Shown here piece by piece: positions 26,567 through 37,900 of a DNA stretch of 46,895 bases. The translations under genes and the position numbers were made by a program. The DNA comes from a virus (Duplodnaviria > Caudoviricetes): positions 1 to 46,895 of IMG/VR virus record IMGVR_UViG_3300048599_000916. The stretch is one strand, 5' to 3'. The notes below the pieces were generated by a model, which saw only the letters and a program-made list of their open reading frames with translations, had not been told where the DNA came from and ran no database searches. Every line of letters starts with the position of its first letter. The stretch's first letter is position 1.

Positions 26567-28095
26567 ACAAATCATTTCAAATTATTTTTATTTGCTGTCT
26601 CATTTATTGTTCATGTTTTGCAATTACCGGAGACGTGAACAATGACGGAAAAGTCAACACTGAAGACCTGTACATCTTCGGCAGTGAATGGCTTACATCT
26701 GGAACCGATTGCGATTTTGTTGATGATGACATTGTTAATTTCAGAGACTTCGCAGCTATGGCTGGAAACTGGACAGGAATTGATACGCCTCCGAGCAAAG
26801 CAATTAATCCGATTCCGTCAAATAATGATTCCGATATTCCACTGGATCAAGTCTTAAGCTGGTCATCAAGTCAAGCTGCATCTTATGATGTTTATTTTGG
26901 CACGGCTAATCCTCCGGCATTTAAACTTAATCAGACCGGCACTTCATATAGCCCTGCATTGAAATATGGCACTACATATTATTGGCGAATTGATTCTAAA
27001 AACAGTCACGCCACTATTGAAGGTGATATTTATAATTTTACAACTGTGGCATTTATTGACCCTAATCAGGCGCCCACTGCGGATAGTAATTCATATACGT
27101 TATCAGCTTATACAACTGAAAAGATTGATTTAAGAGCATCAGATGATGGACTACCACAAGTGCCCGGCAAATTAAAATATACAATCAGGTCTTTGCCTAC
27201 TGTTGGAAAACTTTATGACCCAGCAAGCGGCGGGGGTGAGATTAAAAATACACCTTATTCCTTAAGCTCTTATGGTAATCAGGTTATTTTTATCAGCACT
27301 TCGGCTGGCAATACATCTTTTACTTTCGATGTTAATGACGGGATTGCTAAATCAAGTACAGCAACTATCAGCCTTACTATTTCAGAGTACGTGCATGATT
27401 CTCTTTACGTAAGCAAGCCATACATAAAGGCGGACAGTAATCATTTAGACCTTGATGGACAATGGGGTATTGTTTTCTGGATTAAAACATCAGATTTATA
27501 CGGGACAGTTCTGCAAAAAGGAAATTTCAAAGTACAAGTAATAAACGGCGTCTTGTCAGTTGATTTTTATGATGCAGAAAATTCCACAGTTTATCGAATT
27601 GGTTCACAACGGAAGTATGAAGGTCTGGAAGGTTATATCAGTGATGGCCAGTGGCATTATATAGCGTTATATGCGGAGCCAAACGACCTTTACAATAATA
27701 CTATGCTTGACGTCGAAGTTATGAAGGAAGAATACAGTCCTTATGGTTATATAGGCGTTGCAAGCGTAAATACAATTGGAATAGATTGCAATAATACATC
27801 TGATTTTATAATCGGAAGCGATAATTTTAAGTTTCAGATTGACCGGCTCTGTCTCTTTAATAATGACGAATGGGTATCTTGGAATATAGGTATATTTATT
27901 GCGGCTGGTGCAACTCGTGAAAACACTTCTTACGGTTGGAGCGCTCCACCAAAAGGCGCTGAATGGCAATTTAACGAAGGTGATGGAAATAGTACAGTTG
28001 ACGCCATAAATAATATACCAATCGATTTGAATGATGGCGAATGGACAGGAAAAATTTATATGCCCGTTGACATGACTGTTCAGCGGCGGAGGTAA
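26560..28095 (+). CDS. Secreted dockerin / FN3-like / Ig-like / LamG-like multidomain protein
   Basis: Signal peptide; GDVNNDGKVN..DFVDDDIVNFRDFA dockerin pair; SYDVYFGT..YYWRID; SFTFDVNDG; DGQWHYI..WQFNEGDG. Confidence 0.8.
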   Translation: MVNKSFQIIFICCLIYCSCFAITGDVNNDGKVNTEDLYIFGSEWLTSGTDCDFVDDDIVNFRDFAAMAGNWTGIDTPPSKAINPIPSNNDSDIPLDQVLSWSSSQAASYDVYFGTANPPAFKLNQTGTSYSPALKYGTTYYWRIDSKNSHATIEGDIYNFTTVAFIDPNQAPTADSNSYTLSAYTTEKIDLRASDDGLPQVPGKLKYTIRSLPTVGKLYDPASGGGEIKNTPYSLSSYGNQVIFISTSAGNTSFTFDVNDGIAKSSTATISLTISEYVHDSLYVSKPYIKADSNHLDLDGQWGIVFWIKTSDLYGTVLQKGNFKVQVINGVLSVDFYDAENSTVYRIGSQRKYEGLEGYISDGQWHYIALYAEPNDLYNNTMLDVEVMKEEYSPYGYIGVASVNTIGIDCNNTSDFIIGSDNFKFQIDRLCLFNNDEWVSWNIGIFIAAGATRENTSYGWSAPPKGAEWQFNEGDGNSTVDAINNIPIDLNDGEWTGKIYMPVDMTVQRRR

Positions 28096-28099
28096 AAAA

Positions 28100-28813
28100 A
28101 TGATATTTTGCGGATATTTAAAAAAGAAAACAGCAGAGAAAAGATTAATCGGGCCGGTATTTAGCTACTCGGATGGAAAAACTCCCTTGTACAATGCTAT
28201 CGGCGGCAATGACAATTTTGACCCGTCTCTTTTAAAATGCACTTTATCTAAAAATGTAAGTCAACAATCAATATCTCTTACAAAAGATAGAAAAGCTAAT
28301 TATTTAGTTGTGACAGGGGACGGCATGTTGAATGATTATACTGGCAATCCTCTTTTCTATGGTTCACCAAATGGAACCTATTACGAAGATGGAATCGTTG
28401 ACGGCCAAAAGTCATACCGAAGGGAAGACGGCATGTGGTTTATTACCTATTATTACAATGGTTCAAGCTACCGTCTTGCAAAGTCAAAAAATCCCCAAGA
28501 ACAATGGAGCTATTTTATAAAATATAACCCAGACCCTGTGGCTGGCACTTATGACCCTCAAGGTTTTGGCATAACCGGTAATCCCATTGTTGAATCAATT
28601 GTAACGGGCGTATCTGGTGATAATGACATAAATCTTGTTTTGGGCGGCATGGCAGAATTTGAATTAACAGCGGCTAACACCGATACAGACGGTATGCTGA
28701 TAATATCACTCGAAAATGCAACAGCCGGAAACGAGTTATTATTTGTAGAAAGTTATTTTTTTATTGTTGGCAATCCACCTTCAAATCCATTCGCAAGAAG
28801 ATTTGGCTTATAA
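28100..28813 (+). CDS. Hypothetical virion-associated protein
   Basis: Late-operon position; beta-rich. Confidence 0.6.
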   Translation: MIFCGYLKKKTAEKRLIGPVFSYSDGKTPLYNAIGGNDNFDPSLLKCTLSKNVSQQSISLTKDRKANYLVVTGDGMLNDYTGNPLFYGSPNGTYYEDGIVDGQKSYRREDGMWFITYYYNGSSYRLAKSKNPQEQWSYFIKYNPDPVAGTYDPQGFGITGNPIVESIVTGVSGDNDINLVLGGMAEFELTAANTDTDGMLIISLENATAGNELLFVESYFFIVGNPPSNPFARRFGL

Positions 28814-28827
28814 GAAAGGACTATAAA

Positions 28828-29307
28828 ATGAACGAATCTAAATGGCAAATATTACGCTCTGTTACGCAAGCAGACGTTGCGCTTGATGCGGCAAAATACG
28901 ATGGTAAGCCATCATACGCAAGAGGGGTTACAAATGTTAATTTTAACAACATTGAAATTATTGTTGCGGGCATTGGTGCAGAAAACGGAACCGTAGAGAT
29001 TAACTTATGGGGCGGCAGAAATATAGAATCTGGCCCCGCGCAACTTATCGCTACAATTACGTTTACTCTTGGAACAATGCAGGTCAATAAAGACCCTGCA
29101 ACACAAGAGGCAACAGAACTGCAATTATATGCAGACTCTGCTTCCATCGTTTCTTATTGGCCCACTGAAATCAAAAACCCAAACAGCGGAAATAATCTGC
29201 TTTGTAGTGTAAGTTTCGACATGCTCGATATGTCTTGGCTTGCAGCAGAAATAAAAAATATGACTGACGTTTCAAGAGTAGATGTATTTTGCGGAGCAAT
29301 TGAGTAA
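28828..29307 (+). CDS. Hypothetical virion-associated protein
   Basis: GAAAGGA RBS; beta-rich. Confidence 0.6.
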   Translation: MNESKWQILRSVTQADVALDAAKYDGKPSYARGVTNVNFNNIEIIVAGIGAENGTVEINLWGGRNIESGPAQLIATITFTLGTMQVNKDPATQEATELQLYADSASIVSYWPTEIKNPNSGNNLLCSVSFDMLDMSWLAAEIKNMTDVSRVDVFCGAIE

Positions 29308-29766
29308 ATGGCCGGATTTGCATTTGACAGACCGATTGTTCAGTTTAAGGCGTACTTTTCCGACAGGGCAAACGTTCAGGCCGCCGTAAACAAAACTATT
29401 CTGTCAAAGCTGAATTACATCGGCGGTTATGTAAGGACTGTCGTAAAAAATTCAATCAGGAAAGCCAAAGGCAGACATTCGGTTAGTGTTGCCGGTAAGC
29501 CTCCTCTTGGTCATATAGGTTTATTCAAAAAGAATATTTTCTTTGCGATAGAACCTGAAAGAGACAGCGTAATTATTGGCCCTGCGTTATTAAATGCAAA
29601 AGGTCAGAATGTGCCGGAAACGCTTGAGTTTGGCGGCTCTACAGTTATTTACAGTCACAAGAAACGGAAAAAAGTTACCATAAAGGCGCGTCCTTATATG
29701 CAACCAGCGTTGGAGCATAGTCAAAATAAGATTGCTCAAATATGGGCAAACAGTATTAAAAAATAA
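29308..29766 (+). CDS. Tail completion protein (HK97 gp10-like)
   Basis: LEFGG..IKARPYMQPAL. Confidence 0.8.
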   Translation: MAGFAFDRPIVQFKAYFSDRANVQAAVNKTILSKLNYIGGYVRTVVKNSIRKAKGRHSVSVAGKPPLGHIGLFKKNIFFAIEPERDSVIIGPALLNAKGQNVPETLEFGGSTVIYSHKKRKKVTIKARPYMQPALEHSQNKIAQIWANSIKK

Positions 29767-29775
29767 GGAGCATAT

Positions 29776-30222
29776 ATGGCAGCAGCAGATTTTGTATTAG
29801 GCATCAATGCAAAGTTATACTACGGCACGAAAGATGCGGAATTAACAGCATTAACTGAAGCGGCAAACGTTAAAGATGTGACCGTTTCCGTATCAGCAGG
29901 CGAAGCCGATATAACAACTCGCGCAAATCAGGGCTGGCGAGCTACAACAGCAACACTTCGAGAATGTGAATTAAGCTGGACAATGAACTGGAAACAGGGC
30001 GATGCGTTCTTTACCGCGGTAAAAGCCGCAGCATTAGCCAGCGGTGAAATTTGCCTCGCAGCAATGACTGGCGGCAAAGCAGAGGCTTACAGTTCTGGCC
30101 CGCACGGAAATTTCTCAATCACAAAGTTTGACCGTAAAGAAGGTCTCGAAGAAGCAATCACAGTTGACGTCACTGCGAAAATGTCAAAATTTATCGCATG
30201 GGTTGACGTTGCCGGAGCTTAA
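29776..30222 (+). CDS. Major tail tube protein
   Basis: EADITTR..GWR..FSITKFDRKE; precedes the chaperone and tape measure. Confidence 0.8.
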   Translation: MAAADFVLGINAKLYYGTKDAELTALTEAANVKDVTVSVSAGEADITTRANQGWRATTATLRECELSWTMNWKQGDAFFTAVKAAALASGEICLAAMTGGKAEAYSSGPHGNFSITKFDRKEGLEEAITVDVTAKMSKFIAWVDVAGA

Positions 30223-30241
30223 TTTTTTTAGGAGGTGTTAA

Positions 30242-30688
30242 GTGAAAACTTTTACAGATAGTGCAGGTAGAAACTGGACAATTTCGTTGACCATCGACAG
30301 CGCAAAGCGAGTTCGTGACTTAATGGGCGTTAATCTTCTTGAGCCGGAGGCCGGTGAGCCTCCATTGCTTACAAGGCTTGGCACAGACGAAATACTATTG
30401 TGCGATGTGCTTTATTGCATGGTTAAGCCTCAAGCAGATTCGCAAAATATTTCAAGTGAACAATTTGGTCAGGCCTTGGGCGGTGATGTAATACTGGCCG
30501 CCCATAATGCCTTTTATGATGAGATTATAGATTTTTTCCAGAAACGGGGTCGGACGGACAGAGCAAAGGCGGCCCTGACGCAGCAGAAAATGATAAATCT
30601 GGCAATAAACCGGATCATGCAGAACCTAAGCCAAATAGACATCGACAAGAAGATGAACGAGATATTTGGCGAACCGTCTACATTTTAG
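30242..30688 (+). CDS. Tail assembly chaperone G
   Basis: GGAGGTG RBS with GTG start; position; contains slippery T TTT TTC. Confidence 0.8.
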   Translation: MKTFTDSAGRNWTISLTIDSAKRVRDLMGVNLLEPEAGEPPLLTRLGTDEILLCDVLYCMVKPQADSQNISSEQFGQALGGDVILAAHNAFYDEIIDFFQKRGRTDRAKAALTQQKMINLAINRIMQNLSQIDIDKKMNEIFGEPSTF

Positions 30689-31002
30689 CAGGTTATATCG
30701 GGATTGACCCCGGGCCGCGCACGCTTCGTGAATTATGGTGGATGTCTGAAGCCATTGAGATGCGTGACCGGATGGAATGGAATAGGGTTTCCGCGTTAAT
30801 GGCATTGCTTTGCAATATCAACCGAGACCCGAAACATTCAAGTGTGGCTTTCCCGTCAGAGTTTAATCCTTATACCGCTAAAGAATCAAAGCGAAAAAAT
30901 GTTGTCGAAGTAAAAGACGCAGAATCAAGGGACTTATTTAAAGCAGTGTTTACAGGACAGAAACCAATATCAGCAGTTGAGGTGTACAGCAATGGCAAGT
31001 AA
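30523..31002 (+). CDS. Tail assembly chaperone T segment, reached by -1 frameshift
   Basis: -1 frame opens at 30523, just before T TTT TTC (30532-30538), and stays open to 31002; GIDPGPRTLRELWWM. Confidence 0.75.
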   Translation, partial: DYRFFPETGSDGQSKGGPDAAENDKSGNKPDHAEPKPNRHRQEDERDIWRTVYILAGYIGIDPGPRTLRELWWMSEAIEMRDRMEWNRVSALMALLCNINRDPKHSSVAFPSEFNPYTAKESKRKNVVEVKDAESRDLFKAVFTGQKPISAVEVYSNGK

Positions 31003-33070
31003 ATCAGGTTCAATCAGGGCCGGTGCAGCGTATGTCGAAATCTTCGCGGACAAAAGCCCTTTAATGCGAGGTTTGAAACTCGCTGAAGCAGACATTAGAA
31101 GATGGGGCAATTCAATTTCATCGTTTGGCAGAAAAATGATGGGTATTGGTACTGCCATTGTTGCGCCTCTTGTTGCCGCGGCAAAGCACGTGGCCGCATA
31201 CGCGCATGAAATAGAAATGATGTCACAGATTACAGGCGTAGGCGTAGAAGCCCTGCAAGGCTTGTCTTACGCTGCTGACCAAAATGGTGTCAGTATGCAG
31301 GGGCTTGGCAAAGCAATGATATTCATGCACAAGAATATTGCTGCTTTCAATAAAGGAACAAAGGCGCAAGTAGAGGCTTTTGGAAAGCTCGGATTAGCCG
31401 CAACTGATTTAATAGGCAAATCTCCCGATGAATTGTTTATGCTTCTTGCTGACAGGATTGCATCTGTTGAAAATCCTACTGAACGAATAAGCATAGCATT
31501 AAAAATTTTCGGAAAAGCAGGGGCCAGCATTATTCCTTTATTGAACAAAGGTGCGGGGGCAATTCAGGCATATAAGGCAGAACTTGAAAGGCTCGGAGCG
31601 GTAATGAGCGCAAACGACATACAAGCTGCTGCTGAATTTCATGCGGAACTCAAAAAACTTTGGTACATCATCAAAAATGGTCTAATCAATTCAATTGGAA
31701 GTGCATTGGTTCCACTTCTCAAGGATTGGACAGGCAAGATGACTGAATTAATAGGCGCTGCTACTCGCTGGATAAAAGAAAATCGTGGCGTTGTTTCTAT
31801 GGTATTTTGGCTTGGTTCCGCTTTTATTGCTGGCGGTATTGGCCTTCTTGCCTTTGGCAAGGCTATGATATTTTGCAGTAAAATTTTTGGCATAATTCGC
31901 GGCGGAATAATTGCAGTGCGAACTGTCTTAGCATTTCTTATTTCACCAATAGGCGCAATTATCGTGGCTATTACAGCAACAGTGGGAGCGTTCCTATATT
32001 TCACAGGGTACGGCGGCAAAATGCTTAATTGGCTTGGCAGCCGCTTCAATACGCTAAAGCAGGATGCGACAGACGCAATCGGAGGTATTGCGGCAGCATT
32101 TGCAAAAGGTGACATTGGCCTTGCCGCTCGTATTGCATGGCTGTTTGTAAAAATGGAATGGCTTAGGGCTAAAGAGTGGATGATTGGAATATGGTACAGC
32201 ATCAAGCTTGCAATTATGGAAATTTGGTATGCAGCCGTTTATTCAATTGCAGTCGGCTGGGATGCAGCAGTTTACGGCATTCAAGTGGCTTGGATTGAAA
32301 CTGTTGCTTTCATAAAAAAGGCCTGGGTCAAATCAGGTTCATTTCTTGAAGGTGCTTGGATAACAACTGTTGAGGTTTTCAAAAAAGCATGGGCGGGCTT
32401 TAAGCAATTTTGGGGGAGTACTATTGATTGGATTGCGAAAAAATTAATGAACGTCTGGATATGGTGGAAGAAATTAACAGACCCTAATTTTGATGAAGGT
32501 TCAGCACGAAAGCAGCTTGACAGTATGCTTGCGGATGATAAGCAAGAACGTGACGACACGGCGAACGCAGCAAAAGAGAAAGCCGAAAAAGACGCAGCCG
32601 CAAAACGCCTTCAACTGGAAAAAGATACACAATCGGAAATTGATGGTATTGAAAAATCTAGAGGCCAAAAACGAGAGCAGGCAAAGAAAGAATTTGATGC
32701 AGGTCTTGCCGGAGCAAATCAGTACGTAGAAGAAGGTTTGAAAAATACCATTGACGGAATCAATGCAGGCAAGAAGGGCGTTGCAGACGAATTAGCAAAG
32801 ACCAAAGAAGAATTTAATGCAGCCGTTGCAAAAGCAAAAGAGCCTGCGAAGTCAAAGAACGCAAAAACCCCAGCCCCAAAAAAGGATTGGGAAGCAAATA
32901 CAGGATTAACCAAAGCATCGACAGCGGGAACGTTCAGTGCATTTGGTCTCGGTCAAATGGGTGCCGGCGGAGTTATGCAGAAAATTGCAGATTCAAGCGC
33001 ACGCACAGCCGAAGCTACCGAAGAAATTGCAGACAAGATGGACGACAGCGATGTTGAGTTTGGAGATTAA
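30992..33070 (+). CDS. Tape measure protein
   Basis: IRAGAAYVEI N-terminus, Ala-rich helices, Trp-periodic repeats. Confidence 0.9.
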   Translation: MASKSGSIRAGAAYVEIFADKSPLMRGLKLAEADIRRWGNSISSFGRKMMGIGTAIVAPLVAAAKHVAAYAHEIEMMSQITGVGVEALQGLSYAADQNGVSMQGLGKAMIFMHKNIAAFNKGTKAQVEAFGKLGLAATDLIGKSPDELFMLLADRIASVENPTERISIALKIFGKAGASIIPLLNKGAGAIQAYKAELERLGAVMSANDIQAAAEFHAELKKLWYIIKNGLINSIGSALVPLLKDWTGKMTELIGAATRWIKENRGVVSMVFWLGSAFIAGGIGLLAFGKAMIFCSKIFGIIRGGIIAVRTVLAFLISPIGAIIVAITATVGAFLYFTGYGGKMLNWLGSRFNTLKQDATDAIGGIAAAFAKGDIGLAARIAWLFVKMEWLRAKEWMIGIWYSIKLAIMEIWYAAVYSIAVGWDAAVYGIQVAWIETVAFIKKAWVKSGSFLEGAWITTVEVFKKAWAGFKQFWGSTIDWIAKKLMNVWIWWKKLTDPNFDEGSARKQLDSMLADDKQERDDTANAAKEKAEKDAAAKRLQLEKDTQSEIDGIEKSRGQKREQAKKEFDAGLAGANQYVEEGLKNTIDGINAGKKGVADELAKTKEEFNAAVAKAKEPAKSKNAKTPAPKKDWEANTGLTKASTAGTFSAFGLGQMGAGGVMQKIADSSARTAEATEEIADKMDDSDVEFGD

Positions 33071-33072
33071 AA

Positions 33073-33894
33073 ATGGCAGGGACGTACACAGTATCTGAAA
33101 GCTGGGCTGGAAGGAAAAGAAGTGGCGGCAACGCTCGAAGTGCAACAGTTGAATATATAATCATTCGTACCGATAATGGAAATGCGCCAGCAGAGGATGA
33201 TGCCGAAGCAATTCAGGCTCTTGTTGACAATTCGCCTGCTTTGTGGGGGACGGCATTAATACCCCGCACATCTTATGACGTAGAACAGATTGCAGATAGA
33301 ATCTGGACGGGTACTGTTCAATATGGTTACAACAGCAGGAATACAAACGATATTGAATTTAATTTTGACACAGGCGGCGGAAGTCAAAAAATTACGCAGA
33401 CTATTTCACCATTGACAGTCAGGTCATACGGTACAGACCCGCCGAACTTCAAAGGGGCAATCAATGTTGATGATAATTCCGTTAATGGCATAGATGTTAT
33501 TGTTCCTGTATATAATTTCAGCGAAACAAAGCGAGTTAGCTATGATTCTGTAAATGCCGGTTTCAAATCATCAATCTTTACTCTTGTCGGAAAAGTCAAT
33601 AGTGCAGATTGGCACGGTTTCAAAGCTGGTGAAGTTTTGTTCATGGGGGCAAGTGGATCAAGACACGGTAGAACGGGCGATGTTGAAATGAATTATAAAT
33701 TCGCGGCAAGTCCTAACAAAACCAATGTAACTATTGGTGATATAGCAGGCATTGAGAAAAAAGGCTGGGAATATCTATGGGTTAGATATGAAAAAGCAAC
33801 AGATAAAAACTGTTTGATTCAAGTTCCCAAAGCTGTTTATGTCCATCAAGTTTACGAGTCAGGCAATTTTTCGGCTTTAGGTTTGGGGAATTAA
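33073..33894 (+). CDS. Tail tip / distal tail protein
   Basis: Follows the tape measure; FKAGEVLFMGASG, KKGWEYLWV. Confidence 0.65.
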   Translation: MAGTYTVSESWAGRKRSGGNARSATVEYIIIRTDNGNAPAEDDAEAIQALVDNSPALWGTALIPRTSYDVEQIADRIWTGTVQYGYNSRNTNDIEFNFDTGGGSQKITQTISPLTVRSYGTDPPNFKGAINVDDNSVNGIDVIVPVYNFSETKRVSYDSVNAGFKSSIFTLVGKVNSADWHGFKAGEVLFMGASGSRHGRTGDVEMNYKFAASPNKTNVTIGDIAGIEKKGWEYLWVRYEKATDKNCLIQVPKAVYVHQVYESGNFSALGLGN

Positions 33895-33895
33895 T

Positions 33896-34939
33896 ATGCC
33901 TGATTCTTTTAAAAAAGTCCATAATGGAGAAAAGCTGAAAATTCCAGCCCGCGCCTACAATGCAATGATTGATGCAGCCCAGGACTACATCAATAGAAAA
34001 AGCAATCAATCATCAGATACAGGAACCTCGCTGCCTCCAAATATGGTCTTTGTGAAAAATACAACGGGCGCGGCTGTTGACCGTTTAAATGTCCTCGGTA
34101 TCGGCGGCAGCGAAATTGACCCAGCCGCAAATACTTTTAAACAATCAATAGTTTTTACTGGCGTTGTCCCTACATCGGAACATATAAATGGCAGGTTTTT
34201 AATCACAGCAGAGCCTATTGCGCCTAATTCGATTGGTAAAGCCTATGCTTCAGGTTTCACAATTGTTCAGCTTAATATAATTGATGAAGGTCATGGCTTT
34301 GCTGATATTAAAGATAGTGATGTAACCCAGCTTGAAAGCGTTGCTACTGGCCCAGCAGTTATTTTACATAAAGAAGAAGGGACAGGCAGCAAGTTAGCCA
34401 TTGTAAGATTTGGCGGTTCTGGCGGTGGTAATACCGCAACTGAATTATGGGCAAAGATTATAGTTTCACCAACACCGCAAGACCCTTATGCTTCAAGCGA
34501 TTCCCCAGAATACACTGGAAATCCTTATATTGTAAGACTTGATTCCAGCAATTATTCGCAGTGGGAAGAAAATCACGAACCGCCATACACGCAAAATACG
34601 GCTGTAGTTGACTCATCAAATAATCGAGTTTACATCAAAAAAGCGGGAGATATTACATATCCATCTTTGGCCCCACATGAAAATCCTGCAGATTGGGATT
34701 TATCAGAAGAAATCAAAATCGAATACGCTCTTGGTTCGGGGAAAGATGACGGCTCGGAAGTTTCAGTAAATGATTGCGTGTATGTTTATCCGGTGGGCGC
34801 AAGAGTTAGGATAACAAGCAGGGTATTAGCTAACCAGACGAAACGATATTATCTTGATGAAACACTGCTGCCAGTAGGGCCGTTGGATGTTAGAAATATT
34901 ACAATGTATGAAGGCAGATTGACGGCGGTGTATCAATAA
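33896..34939 (+). CDS. Tail protein with one CBM5/12-like repeat
   Basis: Position; WEENHEPPYTQNTAVV..VY..P...DW. Confidence 0.6.
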   Translation: MPDSFKKVHNGEKLKIPARAYNAMIDAAQDYINRKSNQSSDTGTSLPPNMVFVKNTTGAAVDRLNVLGIGGSEIDPAANTFKQSIVFTGVVPTSEHINGRFLITAEPIAPNSIGKAYASGFTIVQLNIIDEGHGFADIKDSDVTQLESVATGPAVILHKEEGTGSKLAIVRFGGSGGGNTATELWAKIIVSPTPQDPYASSDSPEYTGNPYIVRLDSSNYSQWEENHEPPYTQNTAVVDSSNNRVYIKKAGDITYPSLAPHENPADWDLSEEIKIEYALGSGKDDGSEVSVNDCVYVYPVGARVRITSRVLANQTKRYYLDETLLPVGPLDVRNITMYEGRLTAVYQ

Positions 34940-37900
34940 TGGAGAAAAACCAAAAATACTGGCAGAGATTCGATTGGGAAAAATTCAGGCAAGATGTTAG
35001 AGTAAAAAAATGTCATCCGATTATAAATTCTCTTGCTTATGATGATTTGCGCAGATTGGCTGTTGTATTAAATTTCAGTAATCCGGGGCAATATGATTCA
35101 TCTTTTTATCAGTATAGTTCTGCTGCCATTCCTTTAAATCCTAATGCTGCGTATTTGCAAAGTCCTACTCCTTTTAAATACAAAGCAGATTATGAAGTTT
35201 CTACGTTTGATATGTCTCACGGCATGGGAACACCTACAGGGGCAAACGGAGAACAAAAGGTTTATTCTGGCAGGTGGTTACGATGGAAAAATAGATATGA
35301 AATTCCAAGAACTGCTTGCTATTGTAAAGACACAACTAACGGGACAAAAGATTGGAGTCCGACAGAATCTTATTTAATAGGCTTCATAAAATTCTATAAG
35401 CCAAATGGCAACCTTTATACAGCTTTGCAGAATAATACTAATAATCCTCCTGTTAAAGCAGATGGAACACCTGACACTAATAATTGGTCACTATTTTTCG
35501 CTGGCCCGCCATGCTGCTATTGGGACAATACTAAAGATAGAATACAATCAAAAATTCATCCCGACACATGGATAATAAATAGCAATTATTCAAAGGGAAT
35601 TACTGTAAGCTGGCAAGGGGCGTGGCAGTTAAAGGATGTGCTTCCTGCGATAGTCAAAAACATTCCTCCTCATTTGTGGAAGGGAGACACTTGGGGCGGG
35701 GGACAATATCCAAAAGGCAAACTCGTATTAGATAATAATTCACCTAATATCAAAGTTTATAGAGCGATACAGAAAATTATCAATACATCACAAAATCAAA
35801 CGATAGAAAGTACTCATCCAGAGCAATTACCTTCATATTGGCAGAGAGTTCCTGAACTTGATATTTATTGGACAAAATTAAATACAGAATGGAACACAAG
35901 CAATTCAGCATGGCAGCTTGTTACTGATTCAGGTAATTACATTAATGATTTTTCAAATAATTTCCCCGGCAAAGTCATGTATTTTGATATTAAATTAGAT
36001 ACAGGTGCCGATGATATTGAGGAGTTTGTAATTACCGAAGATGTTGAATGTCATCCTTCTTTATTTTTCCCAAAACAAGTACTTCCTACTGAACAATATG
36101 AACATATAATCAGAGCATATAAAGAGCAGGACTTTGCAACTTTTTCCGGCATCGTTAATGACAGATATGCAAAAGATAATAAATGCAAAGTTCCTTTGTC
36201 TCAATTACATATTACAGACCCGTCCACGCTTGGCCCTTGTTATGAAGCAAGGTCGAGAGTTAGTTATTATAAAAGATGGAGCGAAACAAGGAATTTATGG
36301 GTATGGGGCATGAGAGATGTTGACGGCAATAATATACTGGCCCAACACACAACTAAGATGTGGAATTTCCCGGGTAATCAATATTGCAATTATGGCGGAG
36401 CGATTCGGTACAATACGCCTGCTGGTCAAGGCGGTACGTGGTCAGAAAATCCAAAAATTACAGGAGCTTTGCAAAATCATCTTGAAGTTATTTTGTCCGA
36501 TGCTTGTTGGAGGTATCCGGCCAATGGTATCTTTTCTGCAAATTGGAGATTGATTAAGGCGTTAGGTTCCTCTGACCCATCTAATTCCGAGCAATCTGAT
36601 TGGGATGCTTATCCGCTTGTTACCGATGAATGCTGGGGCGAAAATGAATCAGGCATCGAATTATTTTTAAAAATATCAGGCCTGTACGATTGGTATTATG
36701 ATGATGAGTTTGTCTATACTCCTTCAAGCATGAGGAAAATTGCCATTAGGCACGAAATTGCCCCATTCAATCCAAACAACACGCCTAGCGAGTCTCAATT
36801 GAATTCACAATGGAAGTTGATTCCAGTGGCAACGTTGCGGCGCGGCTTCCATAATACTATGGGTCGATACAGAAACTTTATGCGTGCTATGGAAAGAGAC
36901 AGCGATGTATCATCTTTTAGGAAGCAGGCTTGGAATCCATCGTTTACGCCTTATACCTATGGCATTAATTATAATGGATCAAGTGGTGGAGCATATACCT
37001 ATGACGCTTCAGCTAAATGGTTTGGTTCCCGTATAAATGAAGTTCCTGCAATAAATAAATTTGATGATTATTTTACTTCGATTACTCCTCAAAAAGTTAA
37101 GGGTATTCAGTGGAGAGCAAATCAGCCATATAAAAAAGGCACGATAGTAAATCATAATTCTATTTCTTATTTTGCCAAACAGGATGTTTCTGATTTAACC
37201 AATAATCCTGCATCAAATAATCAGTATGGCAAACTTCCAATATATAGCTTTACCGTTAGTGGCAATAGGGTATCGTCTTCAACGGAAACTGACAATTTAA
37301 AAGTTGGCTGGATGCTTCACCTCTGCGATGGATCAAGCGATTTAATTTCCCTTGACTCCGATAATATGAAATCACTTTATATTGTAGATTTAAAATACAA
37401 TGAGATTGAGGGCAAGACTTATGTAACAATGAATGAAGAAATATGCAAGGGTACACAAAACAATAATACATATTTCAGCACTATTGGTTGGAGCAAAAAT
37501 ATAAGCGAGCGGCATGATGGGACAGGTGCTACTTATTCATTTGATAATAACTATGTAATGACCTCTAAAATACATTATACGTGTAAACCAGAACTATTAT
37601 TAGAGATGTTTGATTTGATTAAATTAGCAAAATATAAAGATGTTAGTGTAAATCGTACTACAGCCGGAAATAGTTTTGCAATGGGCACCGTTTATGGTTC
37701 CTGTGGTGGTCAGGCTTATAGAGCAAAAGAGTTATTAGCATCACAGCTTTTAGCAAACATCAATGATTATAATATGGATAACGGATTTAGTTCTTCAATT
37801 CAGATTCCGGGAGATTATAATACAACAGTTGATGTTGGAGCTGCAGTTGGTGGTGAAGAACCTATAGAAGTAGGCTCCTTTAGTAATTGTGGTGATGTAA

